Source: Halioglobus sp. | GTDB lineage: Bacteria > Pseudomonadota > Gammaproteobacteria > Pseudomonadales > Halieaceae | Assembly (NCBI GenBank): GCA_045110675.1 | Contig: JBGCGJ010000011.1 | Coordinates: 54,421 to 118,420, forward strand | Length of the DNA: 64,000 nucleotides | Direction of reading: 5' to 3' | Part shown: one piece after another, positions 1 to 8,061 of the stretch | Numbering within the stretch: the first letter of the stretch is position 1 | Layout of the letters: each line of letters begins with the position of its first letter | The notes under the pieces: model-generated | Databases searched by the model: none | The model's input: the letters and a program-made list of their open reading frames with translations, nothing else | What the model was told of the DNA's origin: nothing | Program-made: the position numbers and the translations under genes

Positions 1-99
1 TTTGTTGATGGATATCCTATGCCATAGGCCGAACGCTAGACGAGATTGACGGCTCCGAATTTAGTGAAGCGTTCCAACACAAAAGTGCCACGAAGCCCG

Positions 100-1122
100 T
101 CAGCTCAGGAGCTGATCCAAAATCCTTTCAACCGTCGCAGCACCCAACCAGGAAAGTAACCCCAGGGCAGCATAAAACACACCGCGAGCGGCTGTAGAGG
201 CCTGTATTGGGTTTATCTTCGCGTCAAGAATACGTGTTTCAAGCAACAGTAGGCTTTGCATCCGCTCGACACTCACAGCCTCAGATTTTAACGCCGCTTT
301 TTCCATCGTCAGTATCTCAGCTCGAACTCGTTGGAGTTCACCGTTGCGCAATTGAAGCAGTCTGCGTCCAGCGCCCCAGGCTGCGATACCTGAGCAAGCG
401 AAACAAACGATGACCAGGGATAGAACTAATGCGACTGAAGCATACCCTGCCCCAGGGTCTACAAAGTGAACCGAGAGAATTCCAAACATCAATGTCAGTA
501 AAAGCGCAGACATGCTGCTCTGGCGTACGGCTGGTTGAAGTACGGAGGCATTGAATACGCTGTCGCAAGGCACAGTATATGCAAGTCTTGATACTAAGAT
601 TCCATTACCGATCGCAGCAAAAATAAATCGGCCCGCAACCCAACCAAAGGGTAGGCACCACGCCCAATTGATGAAATGGGGTAGTATCCAATACTCGCTT
701 GTCCATTCGACCTGGCGTTCAGCAATATCTATCGCCGAAATCAGAACGACCGCTATGCCTACAAGGCCGGGAATCCAGCCCCACCAGCGCAAGGTAGCCA
801 ACCTATCTATATCCAAAAAGCCATCAGCCGCCTGCAGCAAGGCAGCATTATTCAGCGTTACCTGCGCAAGGATAAATCGGGCTGTCACCGCATACATCAG
901 CAACAAGATGCTGAGAAAAGATATTCGATAGTCGCCAACAAGCCAGGCGCAGCCCACGGTTGCTGGATCATGGCCCGCAATAAGCTCGCCAGGTCGCCCT
1001 GTGAGCAACTCCAAGCTGACAAAACCTGCCAACACAATTAGTGTGGCAAGAACACCTGTGAGGGGCGGAGGTATAGATACCGTTTGAAAAAAGACAAAGC
1101 TAAGCGGCGATTTATCCGACAA
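100..1122 (-). CDS. hypothetical polytopic membrane protein with a charged, coiled-coil-like C-terminal segment
   Basis: 340-aa ORF with several hydrophobic helices (LTGVLATLIVLAGFVSLELL, WGWIPGLVGIAVVLISAI, LLLTLMFGILSV). I recognise no family motif. Confidence 0.45.
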   Translation of the reverse strand: MSDKSPLSFVFFQTVSIPPPLTGVLATLIVLAGFVSLELLTGRPGELIAGHDPATVGCAWLVGDYRISFLSILLLMYAVTARFILAQVTLNNAALLQAADGFLDIDRLATLRWWGWIPGLVGIAVVLISAIDIAERQVEWTSEYWILPHFINWAWCLPFGWVAGRFIFAAIGNGILVSRLAYTVPCDSVFNASVLQPAVRQSSMSALLLTLMFGILSVHFVDPGAGYASVALVLSLVIVCFACSGIAAWGAGRRLLQLRNGELQRVRAEILTMEKAALKSEAVSVERMQSLLLLETRILDAKINPIQASTAARGVFYAALGLLSWLGAATVERILDQLLS

Positions 1123-1231
1123 TGCCTACCTCCCTGGTGTTGATTCACTACATCCCTGAAACACTGATTATATATTTACACATACGGGATAAAACGCAAG
1201 AAGAGTGAGAATGGCTGAAGCGCCGTGGACA

Positions 1232-2944
1232 CTATTTTGCGAGCGAGCTCTGGTGTTTTTCGATCATTGCGGAGAGACGCGCTTTAGCTCGATTCATCGC
1301 CTCGGAGAAAGACTCATCTTCGATTTTTTCTACAATCTCGTAATAGCACTTAACCTTTGGTTCGGTACCTGATGGACGCACGATAACCCTGGAGTTATCG
1401 GTTGTGCGATAGATGAGTACATCACTCACCGGGAAACCCAGAGACTGTGTATTTCCGTTAGCATAAATTCGCAAGCCTTGGGATAAGTCATCACAATAGT
1501 GTAAAGGCAGCCCCGCAATATCGCCTGGCGGATTTGCCCTCAATGCATCTCCAATCGAACCTGCTCCCGGTTTCAGTGCAATGCTTCGCTGGCCGGTGAG
1601 ATAGATTCCAAAACGACGATAAATATCTTCCAAATGATCCAATACAGTGCAACCACGCTGTGCGAGTTTGTCAGCCATCTGCGCAAATGCCAGCAGTGCC
1701 GACAAACCGTCTTTGTCACGCACTTGTTTTCCCGGCGCATAGCCGAGCGCTTCCTCATAGGCGAACAAAAACTGCCGCTTGCCAGCTGCGTCTTCGTTAT
1801 CCATTGCGACGTTGGCCAACCATTTAAAGCCGGTGAGTGTTTCGTGAAAATCCGCTCCGGCTGATTCGGCCAATTCTTTCAGCAATCTTGAAGAGACAAT
1901 CGTTGTACAGACAATGGGCACGAAGTCGTGATCCATTTGCAAAAGGTAGTCCGCTAACAGGACACCGATCATGTCTCCGGTGAGCATTTCGTATTCACCC
2001 TCCTGCGTCCTGACAGCCACTGCGAGTCTGTCTGCATCGGGATCGTTGGCGCAAGCCAATGTCGCACCATGTTCGCGGGCCAAAGCAATGACTGCATCCA
2101 TGGCACCGGGCTCTTCCGGATTGGGAAAATTGACAGTTGGAAAAGTCCCATCTGGTTCACGCTGAGACGCAACGCTATACACCGAACCGAAACCGGCATC
2201 CGCCAACATAGATTCGGCTATCGGCGCCCCTACTCCGTGCATTGCCGTATACGCGATGCTAATCGAACGGCTGCCGGGCTGGGTAGCAAAAAGAGGGCTT
2301 GCTTGAATGTTGTCAATATATGATTGGTAGAAGCCGTCATCGAGAACAACAATTTTTCCCTTCGCCGTACCCTTCTCAAACTCGATCCACGACACATCGC
2401 CGTTTGCTACTATGTCGATTTCTTTCGCAATCCCAGCATCGTGTGGTGGAATAATCTGCGCACCATTACCCCAGTAGACCTTGAAACCGTTGTACTCGGG
2501 CGGATTGTGGCTCGCCGTTACCACCACTCCAGCAGCACAGCCTAAATCCAGCACACCGAAGGCCGCCACAGGGGTTGCCGCTACGTCGGACGTAACATAA
2601 GCAGTAATCCCCATCGCTGCGAATACACAAGCGGATTCTTTGGCAAATCGTTTCGAATCTGATCGGCCGTCATAGGCAACCAGCACCCCTCTATTTGCCG
2701 CGTCATTCACATTCTGTAAAAGGTATTGCCCCAATCCTGCCGAAGTTTGCCGAATAACCAGGACATTCATCATGGCAGGGCCTGCCCCGACAACACCGCG
2801 CAGCCCTGCGGTTCCAAATTCCAGGCGGCCGGAAAAACGTCGATCCAGCTCGTTCTGATCACCGGACTCGATCAGTTGCTGAAGCTCCCTTCGGCTGGTT
2901 GCGTCAGGGTCTTTCTCCAACCACTCACGAATTTTATTGTCCAT
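1232..2944 (-). CDS. alpha-D-phosphohexomutase superfamily phospho-sugar mutase (PGM2/PgcA-like); candidate phosphopentomutase in this context
   Basis: 570 aa. Carries the phosphoserine loop TASHNPPEYNGFK, metal loop NDPDADR and sugar loop YEEALGY. Lies 30 nt downstream of the deoD-like gene on the same strand. Confidence 0.85.
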   Translation of the reverse strand: MDNKIREWLEKDPDATSRRELQQLIESGDQNELDRRFSGRLEFGTAGLRGVVGAGPAMMNVLVIRQTSAGLGQYLLQNVNDAANRGVLVAYDGRSDSKRFAKESACVFAAMGITAYVTSDVAATPVAAFGVLDLGCAAGVVVTASHNPPEYNGFKVYWGNGAQIIPPHDAGIAKEIDIVANGDVSWIEFEKGTAKGKIVVLDDGFYQSYIDNIQASPLFATQPGSRSISIAYTAMHGVGAPIAESMLADAGFGSVYSVASQREPDGTFPTVNFPNPEEPGAMDAVIALAREHGATLACANDPDADRLAVAVRTQEGEYEMLTGDMIGVLLADYLLQMDHDFVPIVCTTIVSSRLLKELAESAGADFHETLTGFKWLANVAMDNEDAAGKRQFLFAYEEALGYAPGKQVRDKDGLSALLAFAQMADKLAQRGCTVLDHLEDIYRRFGIYLTGQRSIALKPGAGSIGDALRANPPGDIAGLPLHYCDDLSQGLRIYANGNTQSLGFPVSDVLIYRTTDNSRVIVRPSGTEPKVKCYYEIVEKIEDESFSEAMNRAKARLSAMIEKHQSSLAK

Positions 2945-2973
2945 GGATAGTACGCTCCGTAACTCGGCCTAGA

Positions 2974-3684
2974 CTATTTACTGATTGCTACCTGCAAGCC
3001 GATGTTGATCATTTCGTGAAGTGACAATTGCCTGTCTTCTGATGACAGCGCGGCTCCCGTGCGAATGTGGTCTGTGACCGTACAGATGGCAAGTGCTTTC
3101 GCCCCAAACTCTACCGCAGCGCTGTAAACACCCGATGCTTCCATTTCTACCCCCAGAATATTGTATTGCTCCATGATGTCGAACATGGCGGTGTCGGGTG
3201 TGTAAAACAAATCCGCAGAAAAAATATTGCCCACTTTAACGGATACCTCCGCAGCTCTCGCGGCGGCCACTGCCCTCTCCACTAGTCCGAAATCCGCAAT
3301 GGCAGCGTAGTCGTAACCACCAAAGCGAATCCGGTTTACATTCGAATCTGTCGAGGCCCCCATTCCAATGACCACATCGCGCAACTGAACGTCTTCACTT
3401 ACGGCGCCACAACTACCGATACGAATAATCTCCTTCACTCCGTATTCGGTGATCAATTCCTTGGTGTAAATCGACGCGGAGGGAATACCCATGCCACTGG
3501 CCATTACAGAAACGCGCTGGCCTTGATAGGTTCCCGTAAAGCCCAGGATATTTCGCACATCTGTCACCAACTCCGCTCCATCAAGAAAATTTTCAGCGAT
3601 GTATTTTGCCCGCAGTGGATCCCCGGGAAACAAAACGGTATCTGCAAATGCGCCTGTGTCGGCATTGATATGGATTGAACCCAT
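2974..3684 (-). CDS. deoD: purine nucleoside phosphorylase, DeoD type
   Basis: 236 aa. The N-terminus [38 protein letters not shown] and MGIPSASIY are typical of hexameric PNP. Confidence 0.9.
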   Translation of the reverse strand: MGSIHINADTGAFADTVLFPGDPLRAKYIAENFLDGAELVTDVRNILGFTGTYQGQRVSVMASGMGIPSASIYTKELITEYGVKEIIRIGSCGAVSEDVQLRDVVIGMGASTDSNVNRIRFGGYDYAAIADFGLVERAVAAARAAEVSVKVGNIFSADLFYTPDTAMFDIMEQYNILGVEMEASGVYSAAVEFGAKALAICTVTDHIRTGAALSSEDRQLSLHEMINIGLQVAISK

Positions 3685-3750
3685 GGTGGTACTCCTGTCG
3701 GATGCGGTTGTTGGTATATTAGATACGTCAGTTATTAATCGCTGTTTGCT

Positions 3751-5274
3751 TCAATAGCTCGCTTCAAATTCGGCGAATCTTTTTTCCAGTTGCCATTGCA
3801 TACGGGCCTTTTCGTTTTCAGCCAAAAAACTGGCGCAGTGATCGGATAAAGCTCGATGTGTTTTTTGTTTTGCGCAGGCTCGTACTTTTTTGCCCTTGGG
3901 CACACTAGCAAACAAACTGTCGCCTGGCAGGAAGCTGTAGGCCAATGCATTCCGAGAGAGTTCTTTCAAATAGGAGTAACTTAGATCGTAGGTTTGTGTG
4001 GCACGTTGGTACTCGTGAGTGAGGTCGATCCTCGCCACACCCTCGTCATCCGTAGACAGCGCCAGTGGCACTCCCTGCTCGCGGTACAATGTGAAAGGAT
4101 GATTATCACCCTCCACTTCTAAAATAACCGCATTGCTGGTCAGATTAATTTCTACCAGAATTTTCTCGGCGGCCATGTGCCGTAGCAACTCGAAGGCGTT
4201 GTTCTCATGAATGATATCAACCCCATGCCCGATGCGTGTTGCGCCAGCAATATGGACAGCTTGGTCGATATGATTCAGCAATTCTCTGGGGGCCACCAAG
4301 GGCAGAGCCAACTCCCCGGCATGCAGAGAGATGCCAGAGGGAGTACTGGGGATAAGTTGCGACACTTGCTGCACGATCCGCATTTGCGCTTCATAGTCAC
4401 GCAGAGCTAAAGGAGCATCTTCTGGCGCCACAAAATTCAATCCTACAAAACGCGGATCCTGCTGTATCAACTTGAAAGCCAGCAGGGTTTGCGCCAGGAC
4501 CTGGTCCAGAGGAAAAGCGCGAATAACCTGTGCCAGATAGCGAACCTCTACAGCACAGCCAGGGGGCTTCAGATCTGCCGCACAGCCCAACTCATTGCGC
4601 CAATCTTCTTCAACCTGGTCGGTGAAGCGTATTGTCCGTCGTACTAGGTCTTCCAACTGTCGATCCGACACGAGTTCCTGCAGAGGCTTATCGGCATCAA
4701 AGTTGGAGGATTCCCGAATCAGCGTCCTCGCCTCATGCATGCCGTAGGAGACCATGGTCTCCAGGTAGTGCGTATTTTGACGTTCGGCTCTGGCGGTGAC
4801 CTCGGCTAACATACTACCCTGCCGACCCGTGCTGGCATTTAGGTAACGCCCGAAGGTAGAGAAGAATTGATCGTGGCCGGACTCTGGGCCACGCTGATAA
4901 TTTCGCACCGAAAAGGCATCGATAATCTCGTTAACCGTATCGGGGTTATATTGAATATCCGAAACTTTGGGGCGGTTTACCGCAGTATCACAAGGCGGTA
5001 AGACCACTGTATGAGTCGCTAGCTCGATGCATTTCCCATCCTCAGCAGCCCAGCGGATATAACTTTCTGCATAGACGGCACCATCCAAATGGGTATGCAG
5101 CTCGCCACCCTTTGGGAAGCCCAGAAGAAACTTTCGCAGCAGCGGCGGATCATTACGGACTTGATTAAAGTAGGATTCAACCGACGCAGAAAGCGCGGTA
5201 GGAGTGAGGAGAGTCAAAGTGAACAGAGGTACAAGCGTTGGGAGTTGCTTAACCCAATTGAAAACCTTATTCAT
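3751..5274 (-). CDS. adenosine deaminase family protein, exported (N-terminal signal peptide)
   Basis: 507 aa. All ADA catalytic motifs are present: HTHLDG, SLHAGE, RIGHG and STDDEG. The N-terminus LPTLVPLFTLTLLTPTALSA looks like a Sec signal. Confidence 0.75.
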   Translation of the reverse strand: MNKVFNWVKQLPTLVPLFTLTLLTPTALSASVESYFNQVRNDPPLLRKFLLGFPKGGELHTHLDGAVYAESYIRWAAEDGKCIELATHTVVLPPCDTAVNRPKVSDIQYNPDTVNEIIDAFSVRNYQRGPESGHDQFFSTFGRYLNASTGRQGSMLAEVTARAERQNTHYLETMVSYGMHEARTLIRESSNFDADKPLQELVSDRQLEDLVRRTIRFTDQVEEDWRNELGCAADLKPPGCAVEVRYLAQVIRAFPLDQVLAQTLLAFKLIQQDPRFVGLNFVAPEDAPLALRDYEAQMRIVQQVSQLIPSTPSGISLHAGELALPLVAPRELLNHIDQAVHIAGATRIGHGVDIIHENNAFELLRHMAAEKILVEINLTSNAVILEVEGDNHPFTLYREQGVPLALSTDDEGVARIDLTHEYQRATQTYDLSYSYLKELSRNALAYSFLPGDSLFASVPKGKKVRACAKQKTHRALSDHCASFLAENEKARMQWQLEKRFAEFEASY

Positions 5275-5326
5275 TCGACACAGACTCCATTACAGAAAAA
5301 CAGCGCACATCAACGCAGCACGAAAT

Positions 5327-6568
5327 TTATTCTACAACATCCCACTTCAGTTGCAGTGCTTTGAGGCCTCGAAAAACCAGACCAGGGTGATGCTCGGGCT
5401 GTGATTGCGCTAACTGAATATTGCGAAAACTGCGGAGCACGGAAGTAAATACAATCTCCAATTCAAGCCTAGCTAACTGAGCGCCCAGGCAAAAGTGCCG
5501 ACCTTTGCCAAATGCCAGGTGTTTGTTCGGTTCGCGAACGATATCGAATTGATCAGGGCTTTCAAATGCTTCGGGGTCTCTATTTGCGGAACCGTACAAA
5601 AACCCCAGGGTCTCACCTTTCTTAAAGCCGAAGCCTTTGAATGCGAAATCTTCGAGTACATAGCGATGAAAGTAATGAAGCGGCGGATCATAGCGCAGCA
5701 TTTCTTCGATCGCGGAATCGATCAATTCGGGGCTCTCGGCCAATCTCAGATATTGCTCGGGATGACTTAGTAATGCCAACATACCGTTTCCGGCTGCGTT
5801 TACGGTGGATTCGTGGCCGGCATTCAGCAATAAAATACAGGTAGAAATCAGCTCGTCGTTTTTCAGCATCAAACCATCATCTTCCACTTGAGCCAATACA
5901 CTGATTAGATCGTCGGTGGGTTCCGAGCGGCGCTGCTCGAGCAGATCAGCAAGATAATCTACAAATTCGGTGGTAGCGAGCTCCGCCGCCTCGGCGTCTT
6001 CGGGGCGCAAGTCTTTCTCGTACAAGCGAACAATGGCCGCAGACCAGGGCCGCAATCGATGATGATCGCAGTCTGGTAATCCCAACAATCTACCGATCAC
6101 GGATACCGTCACCGGGGCCACCAAATCTTCCAGAAAATCCATGCTGCCAACAGCCCGCACTCGGTCCAGGGATTCATCGACGAGCTTTTGTATTCCATCG
6201 CGCTGAAGCTCAATCTGAGCTGTGGTAAATCCCTTGACCAGCAGTCGCCTAAGCCGCAAATGATCCTCACCCTCTGTCTCCAAAAGATTGTTAGCGATGA
6301 ATCGACCGTAGTTTGGTAAATTTGCCCAAACTTGTTCTGCTCGCCTGACGCGAACTTCATCAGCGTTGAGCACGTGCTCTAGCGTCCTGCCAAGGCTTTT
6401 GTGAACCAGTAACCGAGAGATGTCTTCGTGGCGAGTAATAAAAGTGACACCCCAATCGGGGTCAAAAAAAATGGGACTGCTTTCCCTCAGTGCCGCGTAG
6501 ACGGGATAAGGATCAGCAGAGAACTGCGTGCTATAGGGTTTGAATTCAATTTTGTTCACATTTTCCAT
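5327..6568 (-). CDS. cytochrome P450
   Basis: 413 aa with heme loop FGKGRHFCLGAQLA, I-helix AGHESTVNA and ExxR motif EEMLRY. Confidence 0.9.
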   Translation of the reverse strand: MENVNKIEFKPYSTQFSADPYPVYAALRESSPIFFDPDWGVTFITRHEDISRLLVHKSLGRTLEHVLNADEVRVRRAEQVWANLPNYGRFIANNLLETEGEDHLRLRRLLVKGFTTAQIELQRDGIQKLVDESLDRVRAVGSMDFLEDLVAPVTVSVIGRLLGLPDCDHHRLRPWSAAIVRLYEKDLRPEDAEAAELATTEFVDYLADLLEQRRSEPTDDLISVLAQVEDDGLMLKNDELISTCILLLNAGHESTVNAAGNGMLALLSHPEQYLRLAESPELIDSAIEEMLRYDPPLHYFHRYVLEDFAFKGFGFKKGETLGFLYGSANRDPEAFESPDQFDIVREPNKHLAFGKGRHFCLGAQLARLELEIVFTSVLRSFRNIQLAQSQPEHHPGLVFRGLKALQLKWDVVE

Positions 6569-6786
6569 ACACGAAGCACTCTGCGAGAGGTAGCGATAAC
6601 GCCGTTTACCTAAATCTCGACGCTAAAGCTGTCGATGCACCAACGACCTCGGTGATCTTATAGGAATGCGTTTGTCGCGCAAGCGATTGCCCTGAATGCA
6701 CTCGCGGGAGTATTACCGAACGCGGGAGGCTGGGTCCTATATACTCTTGGATGTTTCTGTGATCCAAAACCTGTAACTCATGTCAA

Positions 6787-6836
6787 CTTTTATCTTTGTA
6801 TATTTTTATTATTCTTTTTTAACAAGAAGATAAAAG
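6787..6836. repeat. 10-bp perfect inverted repeat (CTTTTATCTT ... AAGATAAAAG) flanking a 30-nt A/T-rich spacer
   Basis: Read directly from the sequence: arms at 6787-6796 and 6827-6836, inside the ORF-free P450/deoC divergent region. Confidence 0.5.
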
Positions 6837-6953
6837 CTTTACCTAATCCTAAATGTAGAATATTCCTGCCTGCCAAAGCCCCACTCAAGACACCTAGAAA
6901 TCACTTTAAGTCCTAATTGTATTGTCCACGACTCGATCGATCTCGGCCTTCAA

Positions 6954-6982
6954 TTGACACTCTAAATTGATATACCTATGCT
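6954..6982 (+). promoter_or_regulatory. candidate sigma-70 promoter for deoC
   Basis: TTGACA (6954-6959), a 17-nt spacer, then TATGCT (6977-6982). It ends about 33 nt upstream of the ATG at 7015. Confidence 0.35.
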
Positions 6983-7014
6983 CAGTCGATTGCATCCAAC
7001 AAAGGCCAAATGGC

Positions 7015-8052
7015 ATGGATCCCAAGTCTAAGACCACTATTGAGAACGCTCTGGCAAATTTGTCCGACGACAATGAACCGGCCAATCTTAAATTGGTGGA
7101 GTTAAGAACCCGAAATACCGGAATCGATTTTCAGATTGACGCCGTGGATAGTGTACGCGTCAATCTTAGCGCGGTGAAACGCCGGGTGGACAGTTTAGGC
7201 GGCCGAAGAACTGTTAAAAAGCAGTGGCAAGCTGCCTGGCTGCTCAAAGCCATCTCCTGTATCGACCTAACCTCCCTGGCCGGGGATGATACGCCGGGAC
7301 GAATCAAGCGACTGTGTGCCAAGGCCCGGCATCCGGTGCGCAATGATATCGCTGCAGCATTGGGTATCGAGTCATTGAATGTGACCACCGGGGCTGTGTG
7401 CGTGTATCACGAGATGATCGAGACAGCAGTCGAAGCTCTACAGGACACAGATATTCCCATCGCCGCGGTGTCCACGGGGTTTCCCGCAGGTTTGTCTCCC
7501 CTGGAAACGCGCTTGCGTGAAATAGAACTGTCTGTAGCAGCCGGGGCCGCAGAGATTGATATTGTCATCAGCCGACGTCACGTGCTCACAGGACACTGGC
7601 AGGCGCTGTACGATGAGGTCAAAGCCTATAGAGAGGCCTGCGGAGATGCACGGCTGAAAGCGATTCTGGCCACGGGAGAGCTGGGTTCAATCGCCAACAT
7701 AGGCCGCGCCTCAATGGTTTGTATGATGGCCGGTGCAGACTTTATTAAAACCTCGACGGGCATGGAAGCCGTCAATGCCACGTTACCTGTCAGCTTGGTG
7801 ATGGTTCGAATGATACGGCAATACAGCGAATTGACTGGTCAGCGTGTTGGTTTCAAGCCCGCTGGAGGAATTGGTAACGCCAAACTTGCCTTGTCCTATC
7901 TTACCTTGATCAAAGAAGAGTTGGGCAACGCCTGGCTGGATCCTTATTACTTTCGCTTCGGAGCCTCCAGCTTACTCGGCGATATCGAACGGCAACTCGA
8001 ACACTACGTGACCGGCCATTACGCGGCCAGCAATCACAACCCCATGGCCTAG
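7015..8052 (+). CDS. deoC: deoxyribose-phosphate aldolase, long form
   Basis: Schiff-base lysine motif DFIKTSTG plus GFKPAGGI. The ORF-track start (TTG at 6967) lies inside the predicted promoter, so ATG 7015 is preferred. Confidence 0.85.
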   Translation: MDPKSKTTIENALANLSDDNEPANLKLVELRTRNTGIDFQIDAVDSVRVNLSAVKRRVDSLGGRRTVKKQWQAAWLLKAISCIDLTSLAGDDTPGRIKRLCAKARHPVRNDIAAALGIESLNVTTGAVCVYHEMIETAVEALQDTDIPIAAVSTGFPAGLSPLETRLREIELSVAAGAAEIDIVISRRHVLTGHWQALYDEVKAYREACGDARLKAILATGELGSIANIGRASMVCMMAGADFIKTSTGMEAVNATLPVSLVMVRMIRQYSELTGQRVGFKPAGGIGNAKLALSYLTLIKEELGNAWLDPYYFRFGASSLLGDIERQLEHYVTGHYAASNHNPMA

Positions 8053-8061
8053 GAACCTGCG

